IMG/VR virus record: IMGVR_UViG_3300038393_001848
Coordinates: 1-43,975 of that record
Direction: 5' to 3' (one strand)
From: a virus
Lineage: Duplodnaviria > Caudoviricetes
DNA length: 43,975 nucleotides
Part shown: positions 1-9,479 of the stretch, piece by piece
How the letters are laid out: each line of letters starts with the position of its first letter
Position numbering within the stretch: position 1 is the stretch's first letter
Notes under the pieces: generated by a model
The model's input: the letters and a program-made list of their open reading frames with translations, nothing else
What the model was told of the DNA's origin: nothing
The model's database searches: none
Program-made: the position numbers and the translations under genes

Positions 1-298
1 CCCTTGGCGACCAGGCCAAGGTTGCAGTTCAGCAGACCGCGGCGGGTCAGGCCGATCTGCAACGTGCCGCCGCGCGCGCCGTAGTTCATTTCATAGTTGG
101 GCACGTCGGGCATGGCGATTTCGACCGACCGGCTTGGCAGCGTCGCAGCGCCGGACGCGAAGGTGTGCTTGTTCGTGCCACCCGATAGCGTGGCGTCGCT
201 GACCGTGCCGTTCGACCCTGCGGCGGCAGCAAGCGTGAAGGCGTTGCCGGCGAGGCCGGCGGTGTCATAGGCGACGTGCAGTTTCGTCGTGCCGACCT
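1..298. repeat. Terminal direct overlap, copy 1 (circular assembly overlap)
   Basis: 1-298 matches 43678-43975 with two mismatches seen (54 vs 43731, 171 vs 43848). Confidence 0.95.
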
Positions 299-788
299 TC
301 GAATAGGTCGCGGTGGCGACGCCGGGAACGGCGCTGCCATTCAGCACGGTCACCAGATTGTCGAGTGTGTCCGACAGGGTCGCGCCGATGTTCGACTGGT
401 TGCCGGTCGCGCCCGACGCCTTGAAGGTGAAGGCGGTGCCGTTGATCGTCACCGTCGAATCAACCGCCGGCTGCCCCGAAAAGGTGATGTCGCCGCTGGC
501 CGACCCGGCAGCCACCGTGACCGGCGCGCCAAAGTAAAGCTTCAGCCAATAGCCGAAGTTGCGGACGTCGACCGGCACCACCAGGTTGCCGTCGTTGTTG
601 ACGACGTCCAGCACCGGGTCTTCCGGCTCGCGCCCCTGGCCCAGCAGGTCGCTTTCGATCAGCCCCTGTTCGGGGCCAAGGTCGCAGGTCACGAACGGCA
701 CCTGGTTGTAATTGCCGCCGGGCGGCGTGCCGTAGGTGGATTCGTCTTTGATGTTCAGCAGGGCGTTGGCGCCGCGTGCACGTCCCAT
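1..788 (-). CDS. Tail tube protein, 5' part (continues across the junction to 43206; 419 aa joined)
   Basis: ATG at 788 with AGGAG RBS; reads MGRARGANALLNIKDESTYGTPPGGNY...LIESDLLGQGREP; open to the window edge and in frame with 43206-43677; not in the ORF track because it is broken by the edge. Confidence 0.85.
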   Translation of the reverse strand, partial: MGRARGANALLNIKDESTYGTPPGGNYNQVPFVTCDLGPEQGLIESDLLGQGREPEDPVLDVVNNDGNLVVPVDVRNFGYWLKLYFGAPVTVAAGSASGDITFSGQPAVDSTVTINGTAFTFKASGATGNQSNIGATLSDTLDNLVTVLNGSAVPGVATATYSKVGTTKLHVAYDTAGLAGNAFTLAAAAGSNGTVSDATLSGGTNKHTFASGAATLPSRSVEIAMPDVPNYEMNYGARGGTLQIGLTRRGLLNCNLGLVAK

Positions 789-843
789 GTTCGTGACTCC
801 TGTGGTCGAAGCGGGTTAGGCGGTTGGGGTGAAGGTCGGCGCG

Positions 844-1026
844 TCAGCTGGTCGGGGCGGCCTTCCCGTCGGCCGCAGCGGCCGAATGGATTTTGACCAG
901 GGCATGCGCGCGCTCGGCGCTGATGTGCCCCGGCTTGTCGTCGTCGGCGACGGTCAGTTTGGCGCCAGCGGGGTGCATCGTGCCGCCGTTGTCGGGGGCG
1001 GCGCCGTGCAGGACGATTGCCTTCAT
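844..1026 (-). CDS. Small hypothetical virion-operon protein (60 aa)
   Basis: ATG with AAGGA RBS, fills the gap between tail terminator and tube genes. Confidence 0.7.
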   Translation of the reverse strand: MKAIVLHGAAPDNGGTMHPAGAKLTVADDDKPGHISAERAHALVKIHSAAAADGKAAPTS

Positions 1027-1042
1027 GTGGTCGGTTCCTTTG

Positions 1043-1456
1043 CTATTGCAGTGCGGCGTCGGTCGAATATTCGGCGACCAGGGGCAGGGTGGCCCAGTTG
1101 GTCGTCGCGATCGCGTCGGTGCTGCGGTCGTTGAAGTCGGGCGCTTCGGCGCCGAAATAGTCGCACAGCCCGCCCAGCGACCGGTCGGCGGCGACCGCCG
1201 TGGCGAGCGCCTCGAGCATGGCGTCGATGTCGGGGCCGGCGACTTCCAGCACCAGGCGGTGCGAATAGTTGAAGGCCAGCGGCGACAGGTCGACGTCCGG
1301 GTCGCCAGGCTCGCCGGGGTGGCCGATGACGATGCCGTTGGCGGGCACCCGTTGCGGCTTCATGGCGTCCGCGTCGAATCCGGCGACCGATGCCAGCGGC
1401 AAGGCGGCTTCGACCAGCGCCTTCACGGCCAGCAGGACGCGCTTTTGCTTGGTCAT
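1043..1456 (-). CDS. Probable tail terminator / completion protein (137 aa)
   Basis: Start MTKQKRVLLAVKAL with ATGA overlap to the upstream stop; DRSLGGLCD motif; synteny. Confidence 0.7.
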   Translation of the reverse strand: MTKQKRVLLAVKALVEAALPLASVAGFDADAMKPQRVPANGIVIGHPGEPGDPDVDLSPLAFNYSHRLVLEVAGPDIDAMLEALATAVAADRSLGGLCDYFGAEAPDFNDRSTDAIATTNWATLPLVAEYSTDAALQ

Positions 1457-2097
1457 ATTCCCCGTTCCAGCCTGGTGCCGATATTGCCGGCGATGCGGTT
1501 CCCCCAGCGTTCCGCGAAAGCGTTCAGGTCGATCAGCCGGCGCCCCTGCAGCGGACCCCGCAGCAGCACGAACATTAGGACCATCTTGCTGCCGCGACCC
1601 TGCTTGCGGCGTCCCGGCGTCGCCGCGCGAAAGCCGCGACCGTTGCGCCCGGCGATAACGTCGATCGCCAGGCCCAAGCGACCGCTGGGCAGCCGGACGG
1701 GCACCAGTTCGGCGTTGAACCGCGCTTCGACTTCGATCGGCGACAGCCGGCCTCCGCGCGCGCCGCGCGGCACAGCATCGGTCGGAATGGCGAATGCCTC
1801 GCCGATCGGCGTCACCAGTTTCGACGACGAAAAAAAGTCGATGATCTTCGGGGCTTTGGTCCAGACGAACCCCGCCGGTCCGCCCGTTTGCCCCTTGTTT
1901 GGGTAGAAGCGCGACCGCCAGGCATTGGCGATCTTCGCGCCCAGGAACGCTTCGGTTTCCCGCCGCAGGTCGGCTTGAAGCCCCTGCGCCCCGGCCTTGA
2001 CTTCCTCGCCGGCTGCGACGGCCACGCGCTCCGCTTCTGCGGTGCAGGCGGCCTTCAGGTCGCGGGCGAAGGCGGCACTGTCGATCGCAATTTTCAC
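1453..2097 (-). CDS. Neck/tail completion protein, DUF6441-like
   Basis: LGAKIANAWRSRFYP...AFAIPT pattern; position between head closure and terminator genes. Confidence 0.7.
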   Translation of the reverse strand: MKIAIDSAAFARDLKAACTAEAERVAVAAGEEVKAGAQGLQADLRRETEAFLGAKIANAWRSRFYPNKGQTGGPAGFVWTKAPKIIDFFSSSKLVTPIGEAFAIPTDAVPRGARGGRLSPIEVEARFNAELVPVRLPSGRLGLAIDVIAGRNGRGFRAATPGRRKQGRGSKMVLMFVLLRGPLQGRRLIDLNAFAERWGNRIAGNIGTRLERGI

Positions 2098-2417
2098 GCG
2101 ACCGCGACCGGGCAGGTCCAGACCCCACGCCGGTCAAGCTTGGGTTCGCCCGAAACGACGAACGACGCCCCGCTGACCGGGTCGCCGTTTTCGTCCAGCA
2201 GCTGCACTGCCTGGCCTTCAGCCGGGGTTGGCACTTCGGATTTGCGCACCTTGATGGTGCGGCCGCGGGCGATCAGTTCGCCGAAGTCCATGCGCAGGTC
2301 TTCGTCGGCTTCGCGCAAACGCACGCGAACCGTCCCAACGCTGTCCCAGTCGGCATCGTCACCCAGGCGGTCGAAGATCGCCGCTTGCTGGCGCTCGAGC
2401 GCCTGGGTGAACGACAT
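2094..2417 (-). CDS. Head-tail joining (head closure) protein
   Basis: About 107 aa, beta-rich, ends PKLDRRGVWTC; synteny after DUF2190. Confidence 0.7.
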   Translation of the reverse strand: MSFTQALERQQAAIFDRLGDDADWDSVGTVRVRLREADEDLRMDFGELIARGRTIKVRKSEVPTPAEGQAVQLLDENGDPVSGASFVVSGEPKLDRRGVWTCPVAVA

Positions 2418-2439
2418 CGGGTTGGCCAATCGCGCCGGG

Positions 2440-2784
2440 TTAGCCGGCGAGGCCCGGGACCAGGCGCAAGCGCCCGACGACGTCGGCCGTCAGCGCCGCG
2501 GCAACGGCATAGCCGGCCTTGGTGTTGCTGGTCGACGTCTTCGTGAACTGCTTGGCGCTGTTGTCCCAATAGATCAGGTCGCCGGCGGCCCAGGCTTGGC
2601 CCGAACCCGCGCCTTCCTTCAGCACGTCGAACACGCCTTCGACATAGCCGGCGACGGTCGCGGCATTGGCCGCGTCCATTGCCGCAATGGCGATCAGCTG
2701 GCCGACCTTGAAGCCGCCGCCGCTGCTGACCGCATAGGGCGCGGCCAGGTCGAGCGCGCGGCCGTCCTGCACGTAATTTTTCAT
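2440..2784 (-). CDS. DUF2190 family capsid cement/decoration protein
   Basis: MKNYVQDG..LAAPYAVSSG...EGVF...GDLIYWDN signature; GAGGAG RBS; directly after capsid gene. Confidence 0.85.
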   Translation of the reverse strand: MKNYVQDGRALDLAAPYAVSSGGGFKVGQLIAIAAMDAANAATVAGYVEGVFDVLKEGAGSGQAWAAGDLIYWDNSAKQFTKTSTSNTKAGYAVAAALTADVVGRLRLVPGLAG

Positions 2785-2875
2785 GTCTTCTCCTCGCCGG
2801 GGCCAACCCGGGCTTTGCACTGATGGTCGAAGGGGGAAGGCGCCCGGCGCATGGCCACACCGGGCGGCTAGGCGA

Positions 2876-4951
2876 TTAAGCGCCCGGGTTGCGGTAACCG
2901 CCGCGGCTGTCGATCGCGCCGGTGTAGAAGTCCATCGTCACCCGGAAAGCCATGCCGTCGACGTTGAACGGTTCGTCGGTCAGCACCCGCGGACCCGGCG
3001 AGTCGGCCAGGTAACCGTAGCTGAAGCACGGCACTTCGTTCGGGTCGGCGTAGAGTTCCCAACTGTTGCCGGTGATCGCGGCGTCGACGACGTGCTGCAG
3101 CGTGCCCGCGAACGGGTTGTTGTTGCTCGCCTGCGCCGCCTGGATGGGGGCCAGGAACTGCTGCACGGTGGTTTCGATGTCGGGACCGGTCAGGATGATC
3201 TTCGGCGCGACGTTCAGCGGCTGACCGTCCAGGTCGACCTGCTTGCGCATGGCCGCCCGTCCTGCACCCAGCGTGGTCACGTCGACCGCACCGCCCGACC
3301 CGGCCAGGTTGCCGTGCGCGGAATTGAACAGGTTGACGTTATCGGCCAGCTTGGGGCCGTTGCCGCTGTTCGCCGACTTCATGGTGAAGAACGTCGCGTT
3401 TTCGAAGCGGCTAACCATGCGGCCGATCGACCCCAGCACGTCGTCGAACGCGCCCAAATCGTCGTTGACGATCGCCTGGCGCGACAGGCGAAGGATTCGC
3501 CCATAGGACGCCAGAATGACGGTCTCGCGGCCTTCGTTGATCGTGCCGGCCTTGATTTCCCCGTCTTCCTGGTAAGCCAGCAGGGTCGGGAAGTCGCCGA
3601 CGCGCAGCAACTTCGTAGTTTTGAAGTCGTTGAGGTCGCGCCGGCGGGCGATCGCCTGATAGGTCGGCATCGCCTGGGCGTAGGACGTCAGCAGGATTTT
3701 GTTCGCCGCCGCCTCGAGCAACTTGGGGAAGTCCGACGTGGTGTTGGCGGCGCGAAGGATGGTGATCGGGTCCCGTTCCGTCGACGGCAGCCCAGCCCGC
3801 ACGCGGGCAAGCTCGAGCAGCCGGATGCCGGCATACGGCCGCGACGCTTCGGGCACGTCCTGGCGCAATGCGCGCGCCACGATCGCGCCAACAATGGCGT
3901 CGCCGCTGACCTGCTGCTCGCAGCGCTCGCTGACGTCCGCCGCACGCGCTGGGGCCGTCGCCGCACGCTGCGCTTCGCCGGCGGCCTGCAGCAAGGCTGC
4001 ACGGCACGCATCGACGCCGACCTGGCCGGCTTCGTTCTGCGCGATCAGTTCAGTGGCGCGGGTTTCGACGCCCAGGTCGCGCGCTTGCGTGACGAACGCG
4101 ACCGCTTCGGCGCCAGTGAAGCGCTGGAAGGCTGGAGTCGGTGCCGGGGTCGGCTCGGCCGCGCGAACCGGCTCGACAGCCGGGGCGGGGGCGGGCTGCG
4201 GCGCCGGGGTCGGCTCGGCCGCGCGAACCGGTTCGACAGCCGGGGCAGCAGTGGTGGCGGCGGCGACAGCGCCGGGCGCCACGCCGGAATTAAGATTCCT
4301 GCGCATATCTTCTTCCTCTTGAGTAGTGGGGGTGGTGGTGGCGCCGGGGGCTGAACCGCTGACGGCGCGAACCCCGGCGTTCGCGTCTGCGGGAACTGAA
4401 ACTAGGCTGACTTCAAGCAATTCCCAGCGCATCGCGCGCCAGGTTTCGTGTCCTTCGTCGACACTTTGAATTTCCCAGGTGCTGACCCGGTAGCCGATGG
4501 ACACACCCTTAAGTTCGCCGCGGGCAACCATGCCCTCGACTTCCTTGGCGCGATCGGTTTCGCCGAAGGTCAGCGTGCCGACCAGTTGGCCGTTTTCGAT
4601 GCGGACGTTCGACACGGTGCCCAGCACCGCGCCGGCTTCCCACTGGTTATGGGAATCGAGCAGGCAAACTAGGCCGCGTTCAGCGCGGCCCAGGTCGACC
4701 GCTTCGTCGCTGATCGCCAGTTCTTCGGTGAAATAATATCGGCGGACCTGGCTGCCGGCGGACAGCACCGCTTCGACGCTGCGCGTCTTCGCGTTGTAGC
4801 TGTTCGGCGCCACTTCGGCGAAGCGCTGCCCCTGGAACCCGGCCATTGGCTGCCGTCGTTCGTCGGGGTCGCCTGCGGCATCGCGAGTCAACAGCACCGA
4901 CGACGACGCGGCGAGCAGCAACGCTGCCCGCGCGAAACTGGCTTTGGTCAT
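2876..4951 (-). CDS. Prohead protease-major capsid protein fusion (691 aa)
   Basis: N-terminal protease (LLDSH, VSIGYRV, WELLEVSLVSVPAD), Pro/Ala linker, C-terminal capsid domain (TTSDFPKLL, DFK, SYGRILRLSRQAIVNDDLGAF). Confidence 0.92.
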   Translation of the reverse strand: MTKASFARAALLLAASSSVLLTRDAAGDPDERRQPMAGFQGQRFAEVAPNSYNAKTRSVEAVLSAGSQVRRYYFTEELAISDEAVDLGRAERGLVCLLDSHNQWEAGAVLGTVSNVRIENGQLVGTLTFGETDRAKEVEGMVARGELKGVSIGYRVSTWEIQSVDEGHETWRAMRWELLEVSLVSVPADANAGVRAVSGSAPGATTTPTTQEEEDMRRNLNSGVAPGAVAAATTAAPAVEPVRAAEPTPAPQPAPAPAVEPVRAAEPTPAPTPAFQRFTGAEAVAFVTQARDLGVETRATELIAQNEAGQVGVDACRAALLQAAGEAQRAATAPARAADVSERCEQQVSGDAIVGAIVARALRQDVPEASRPYAGIRLLELARVRAGLPSTERDPITILRAANTTSDFPKLLEAAANKILLTSYAQAMPTYQAIARRRDLNDFKTTKLLRVGDFPTLLAYQEDGEIKAGTINEGRETVILASYGRILRLSRQAIVNDDLGAFDDVLGSIGRMVSRFENATFFTMKSANSGNGPKLADNVNLFNSAHGNLAGSGGAVDVTTLGAGRAAMRKQVDLDGQPLNVAPKIILTGPDIETTVQQFLAPIQAAQASNNNPFAGTLQHVVDAAITGNSWELYADPNEVPCFSYGYLADSPGPRVLTDEPFNVDGMAFRVTMDFYTGAIDSRGGYRNPGA
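4141..4246. repeat. Two 46-bp copies at 60-bp period in the capsid linker (APAVEPVRAAEPTPAP x2)
   Basis: 4141-4186 and 4201-4246 differ at two positions. Confidence 0.9.
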
Positions 4952-4964
4952 GTTTCGAATGCTC

Positions 4965-6470
4965 CTATTGAGCCGCGTTGACGCGGGCCGCGCCGCCGAT
5001 CAGGCCGACCGCGGCATTGAGCGCGCCGGCGTCGTTCACCCGGCGCGCGTCGGTTTCCAGGACCAGGTCGAGCGCGTTCAACTGTTCGTTGATCTGCGCC
5101 AGTTCCAGCAGCTGCGCCTTGCCGTTGATTCCGCGTTCGGCCAGCGACTTGAACAGCGTTTTGAGGCCGGCGCGGATTTCCAGCACTTCGGCCGCCAAAT
5201 CCTTCACCGGATCGACGAAGCGCCGCACCGGCAGCGCGAAGTTCACGCCGACGTCCAGATAACGCTGGTCGCCGGTTTCCAACGCCAGGCGGCGCATCCG
5301 GCGGGTGACCGCCGGGCGCACCAGGTGCGGGATGAACACGTTCTGCTGCCAGTCGTCCAGCAACGCCCAGCTGCCCAGCATCGCTGCGCGCAGCGACGAA
5401 TAGTTCGCCTGGCTGACGTCGCCCGTCATGCGGTGGTAGGGCGCGAGCCGCGCGCTGATCGCTGCCAACTGCTGGCGGATGAAGTCGACCGCGCCGCCGC
5501 TTGCGCTGGGCGTGATCGCATGCGCTGTCTCGCCCTTCCGCCCGCGATAGATCATGCCAGGCGTGATGGTTTCCTCTAGCCGCCCGGTTTCAGTGTTCGC
5601 GGTGGCGGTGCCGTCGGCGGACAGCGTCGACACTTCCTGGTCGTCGCCAGGCGTGATGAACAGGCCCAGGCACGCCTGGACCTTCTGCTGCATCCGCACC
5701 GCGTCTTCGATGTCGCCAATGTCCTTAAGGTCGAGCGCGACCGCCGCCAGCCAGCTGACGCCGCGGGTCTGCCCGAACCGCGTCCGTTCATAGACATGGT
5801 CGATATGCTTCGCCGGCACCGCAACGGACTGGTAATTGGCCAGCAGCGCAAGGCCGCCCGGGTGGCGATCGAACAGCCAGTAGGCCACGCGGTCGTTGTA
5901 GCGATCGAATTCGACGCCCTGGATGATGCGCCCGCCGTCGGTCAGGTCCTGGACCTTGCTTTCGTCCAGCAGGTCGCCTTCCAACCCCTCGAGCCGCCCG
6001 TCCGGGCCGGTCGCGTCCGGCTTCCACACGGTCAGCGTTTCGCCGCCGACCACCACCCCCCAAGCGGACGTCTTCTGGAACCCATAAAAGTCGTCGTGGC
6101 CGTCGACCTTGCCTTCAGCCCAGCGGTCCCATTCCGACTGCGCCTTTTCGGCGACGGCTTCGTCGGCGTGGCTGAACTGGGGCGCGATGCCGTCGCCGAT
6201 CATGTCGGCGACCAGGTGGCGCACGCCGGCTTCGGCATATTTGTTGTTGCGCACCAAGTCGTGGCCGCTGGCGCGCAGCCGCGCCCGCGCGCGCCAGCTT
6301 TCGGCGTCGGCGTCGGTCGACGGACGGCTCCAGTTTCGAGTCCGGCGCGAGTTGGCCGCGGCATCGAACTGGCGCACCAGCGCCAAGCCGTTGCGCGCGT
6401 TCATTCGCCGCGCGGCCAGTGACGGGCTGAACGGTTCGATCAGCCGGTCCAGGAAGATGCCGAAGCCCAT
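4965..6470 (-). CDS. Portal protein, lambda family
   Basis: LRASGHDLVRNN, IIQGVEFD, RFGQTRGVSW, TGDVSQANYSSLR, VDPVKD motifs. Confidence 0.95.
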   Translation of the reverse strand: MGFGIFLDRLIEPFSPSLAARRMNARNGLALVRQFDAAANSRRTRNWSRPSTDADAESWRARARLRASGHDLVRNNKYAEAGVRHLVADMIGDGIAPQFSHADEAVAEKAQSEWDRWAEGKVDGHDDFYGFQKTSAWGVVVGGETLTVWKPDATGPDGRLEGLEGDLLDESKVQDLTDGGRIIQGVEFDRYNDRVAYWLFDRHPGGLALLANYQSVAVPAKHIDHVYERTRFGQTRGVSWLAAVALDLKDIGDIEDAVRMQQKVQACLGLFITPGDDQEVSTLSADGTATANTETGRLEETITPGMIYRGRKGETAHAITPSASGGAVDFIRQQLAAISARLAPYHRMTGDVSQANYSSLRAAMLGSWALLDDWQQNVFIPHLVRPAVTRRMRRLALETGDQRYLDVGVNFALPVRRFVDPVKDLAAEVLEIRAGLKTLFKSLAERGINGKAQLLELAQINEQLNALDLVLETDARRVNDAGALNAAVGLIGGAARVNAAQ

Positions 6471-6475
6471 GCGAT

Positions 6476-6685
6476 TTAGTCCCGGTTGAACACCGCGACC
6501 GAACTGCGCCGCGTCAGCGTTCCGCTGGCGGCTGCAGCTTTGTCGCGAAAATATTTGAGCGCGGCCATGATGTCCGACACACCGCGATAAACCACGACAT
6601 CGCCGTCGGATTCGACGCGCGCTTCGCCGCTCGCCATGCCCGCCTCGAGCGCGGCGATTTCGGTCGAATAGTCGGGTGCGGGCAT
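6476..6685 (-). CDS. gpW-like head-tail joining protein
   Basis: 69 aa between TerL and portal; ASGEARVESDGDVVVYR. Confidence 0.85.
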   Translation of the reverse strand: MPAPDYSTEIAALEAGMASGEARVESDGDVVVYRGVSDIMAALKYFRDKAAAASGTLTRRSSVAVFNRD

Positions 6686-6686
6686 C

Positions 6687-8786
6687 CTAGAACCAGTCCT
6701 TCGTCGGCGGCACCCACGGCCCGTCGCCCTTCGGCGCGGTCGGCGCAGCCTTGGCTTGGGGTGACGGCTTCAGTCCCCCGGCGAGCAGGTCGCCCTGGGC
6801 TTCGTCCTTCGGTGCGTAGCGTTCGGTTTGCAGCCGCTGCCAGTCGGCGGCGGCGAGCGTGTCCAGCAGCAGCTTTTCGGCCGCCGCCATGTTGTAGATT
6901 CGGCAGTCCAGATAGTGGTTCTGGCGGCCTGGCATCGGCTGCCAGACCCGCTTGGGGTAGCCGTTGATAATCTTCGCAACGACCGTTTCGGCGGTCGCCA
7001 TTTCGAACCAGTCGTCGCCGGTGTCCCGGCTGAAGTGGCAGAGGCCGACGGGCTTCGCCGTCCCCGTGCCTTCCTCGACCAGCGCCACCGCATGTTTCAG
7101 CGTCGCGCGCAGAAACCCATACCAGGTCGCCTTCGCGCCATAGGTGCCGACCAGATAGGCGCGATCGTCGGCACGCTTCGACGCCTGCCCCGCCCGCTTG
7201 CCCTGCTTGCCGAACCTGATCGCTTCGCCGCGGCCCAGGATTGGCCGGGTCCAACCGTCGCGGCCGAACACCGCCAGGCGGTTCTGCCGCCGCGCGCAAT
7301 AGGCTTGCGCCGCGTCCGTGTGATAGCCGGCGTCGACGCATTCCATGTCGATCGGCAGCACCTTGCCGCCGGGGTAGGTCACCCCGCGCTTCGAATAAGC
7401 GTCAAGGTCGGCCCAAGCGCCCTGCATCGGCACGTCGGTCGGACCGGCGATGAACCGGGCGTCGATCTGCCAACTTTCCTTCAGCGGTGCCCATCCGACG
7501 ACTTCCAGGAACAGCCCGTCGCCCTGGACGTCCACGCCCATCGTTATGACCACTGGGCCTGCGGGCATGTGCCCGACGCCCCAGTCCTGTTCGCGCAGCT
7601 GGCGCAGCTTTTCGTCGTCCGGGTTTTCACCCTTCAGTTCGAAAACCCAGCCCAGCACAAGGTTGGTCCAGGTCTTTAGCTTGTTCACGTCGCCCTGCGC
7701 CGCGGCGAAGCTGGCCGCCATGTCGGCCCAGGTCTGGAACGACGAAATGATGCCCGACAGGTGAAATCCGCGCTTGCGGCTCGCCGGCATTTTCGCCCGC
7801 AAGCCCTGGAAGGCGTCTTCGGTCAGCACCCGCGGCACGCCCGCGGCGTCGATCGTGTCCGACAGCCACCCGTCCGGCAGCTTCATGGCCGCCTTTTGCC
7901 AGTGGTCGACCTGGGCGCTGCAGCACGGCGGCACCAGGTGCGCGTCTTCTGTCCGCCCGTCGGGCCACTGGATGTCGGCCCATTCGGGCACGAACCGGTC
8001 GCCGCAATGCGGGCACTTCAGATAGTATCGGCGGCGATCGCTGCCCGCGTGCGCCACTTCGATTTTCGACCCGCCCTTGATCGTCGGGGTCGAGATTTTC
8101 AGCCGCTTCGACAGCCCCTGTCGGCGCCAGACCTTCAGGCGCTGGCTGACCATTTCTTCGGGGCTGCCCTGGCCGTCCAGGTCGTCCGGCCACTGGTCCA
8201 GATCGTCTTCGACCGCATAGCGGACGGTGCGCTGACGAAGGCCGGCGGCGCTGTTCGCCCCGGCCAGCAGCACATAGCCATTCGACCGGGAAAACTTGAT
8301 TTTCTTTTTGTTCGACCCGTCACCGTCGGGCAGGCCCAGCGCCTTGATCGTGCCGCCCCGGTCGGGGTTCAGCCGCGGCGAGGCTTCGACCATCGGCCAG
8401 AATTTTTCGGCTGCCCAGTCCCACGCGGCCTGCAGCGTCGCCTGGACGAACAGCATCGGGCCTGGGCGCAGGTCCGACACATAGCCAATCCAGTTTTCGG
8501 CGCTCGCCGACCCGCCCGACTGGGCGCACTTCGGCAGGACGACTTCCTCGCACGGGTCGTGCGGCGACAGCGCGTCCATAATTTCGACCAGTTCCGGCGC
8601 GGTGTCGTGCTTCCACGGTCCCGGATAGGCGTCGTCGTCGGGGAACCGGCGGTTACGTTCCGCCCATTCCGAAACCGTCATGTTCGGCGGCGGACGCAGC
8701 CCCGCCGCGGCGGCGCGGTCAAGTCGTTTTGCGTTGCGCTCGAGCGCGGCCGAATGGTCGCCGAAGCGACCGAACTGAAAGGTCAT
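6687..8786 (-). CDS. terL: Terminase large subunit, lambda GpA family
   Basis: TVSEWAE, KCAQSGGS (Walker A variant), ISTPTIKG, CPHCG, GVDVQ, DAGY, NHYLDC. Confidence 0.95.
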   Translation of the reverse strand: MTFQFGRFGDHSAALERNAKRLDRAAAAGLRPPPNMTVSEWAERNRRFPDDDAYPGPWKHDTAPELVEIMDALSPHDPCEEVVLPKCAQSGGSASAENWIGYVSDLRPGPMLFVQATLQAAWDWAAEKFWPMVEASPRLNPDRGGTIKALGLPDGDGSNKKKIKFSRSNGYVLLAGANSAAGLRQRTVRYAVEDDLDQWPDDLDGQGSPEEMVSQRLKVWRRQGLSKRLKISTPTIKGGSKIEVAHAGSDRRRYYLKCPHCGDRFVPEWADIQWPDGRTEDAHLVPPCCSAQVDHWQKAAMKLPDGWLSDTIDAAGVPRVLTEDAFQGLRAKMPASRKRGFHLSGIISSFQTWADMAASFAAAQGDVNKLKTWTNLVLGWVFELKGENPDDEKLRQLREQDWGVGHMPAGPVVITMGVDVQGDGLFLEVVGWAPLKESWQIDARFIAGPTDVPMQGAWADLDAYSKRGVTYPGGKVLPIDMECVDAGYHTDAAQAYCARRQNRLAVFGRDGWTRPILGRGEAIRFGKQGKRAGQASKRADDRAYLVGTYGAKATWYGFLRATLKHAVALVEEGTGTAKPVGLCHFSRDTGDDWFEMATAETVVAKIINGYPKRVWQPMPGRQNHYLDCRIYNMAAAEKLLLDTLAAADWQRLQTERYAPKDEAQGDLLAGGLKPSPQAKAAPTAPKGDGPWVPPTKDWF

Positions 8787-9442
8787 TCGACTGGCGCCTC
8801 GAGTTCGACCGCCAGCAGTTCCGCTTTCTCGTCTTCGGTGAGGTCGGGTTCGCCGTCGTCGCCGGCGAGGTCGCCGTGCGCGGCGGCGCTCGCCAGTTCG
8901 GCGAAGACCTGGTCGATTCCGGCCTCGCCCAGCGCGATGATCGCCCGGGCGTCCTTTTCGGCGGCCAGGCGTTCGGCCATGCTGCGAAACCAGCTGTGCA
9001 TGCGCTCGCGGGACGCGCGGCCGATTTCACTGACCCGCCGTTCGGCCTCGATCAGCGGCACCAGTTCGCCGGCCAGCTGGGCGTTTTTCATCGCCTGGCC
9101 GATGCGTTGCTCGCGCAGGTGCTGCGCGCGTTCGTCGGCCAGGGCGTCGCCCTTGGCCGGTGCAGCAGTTGGCGGCGCGATCGCTCCTTCGGTCAGCGGC
9201 AGCGCCGGCGCTTCACCATCGGGCGAGGCGTTCAGCTGCTGCGCGCCGCCGGTCGGCGGGCGACCGCGCACCGGGTCCAGGTTGGCGTTCAGCTTCAGTT
9301 CGGTGCGGACGACGTCGACCATCGCCTTGCCGTTCGGCCCTTCGGCCATGACCAGCAGCTTGGCCGTCTTCCAATTGGTCACGCACCCCTTCGACACGCC
9401 GCGGTGACGCGCGAACTGGGCTTGCGTCATCAGCTGCGTCAC
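8783..9442 (-). CDS. terS: Terminase small subunit (Nu1-like HTH)
   Basis: MTQAQFARHRGVSKGCVTNWK HTH, GELVP motif; ATGA overlap with terL; GTG 9442 has GGAG upstream (ATG 9430 is an alternative). Confidence 0.8.
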   Translation of the reverse strand: MTQLMTQAQFARHRGVSKGCVTNWKTAKLLVMAEGPNGKAMVDVVRTELKLNANLDPVRGRPPTGGAQQLNASPDGEAPALPLTEGAIAPPTAAPAKGDALADERAQHLREQRIGQAMKNAQLAGELVPLIEAERRVSEIGRASRERMHSWFRSMAERLAAEKDARAIIALGEAGIDQVFAELASAAAHGDLAGDDGEPDLTEDEKAELLAVELEAPVE

Positions 9443-9479
9443 TGGGGTTCGCTCCGTGTGGCTTGGCGGCACGCCTTTC

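Noticed and set aside
1-298. Biological direct terminal repeat
   Set aside because: Falls mid-gene in the tail tube; the GpA terminase and cos-like site point to cohesive ends elsewhere
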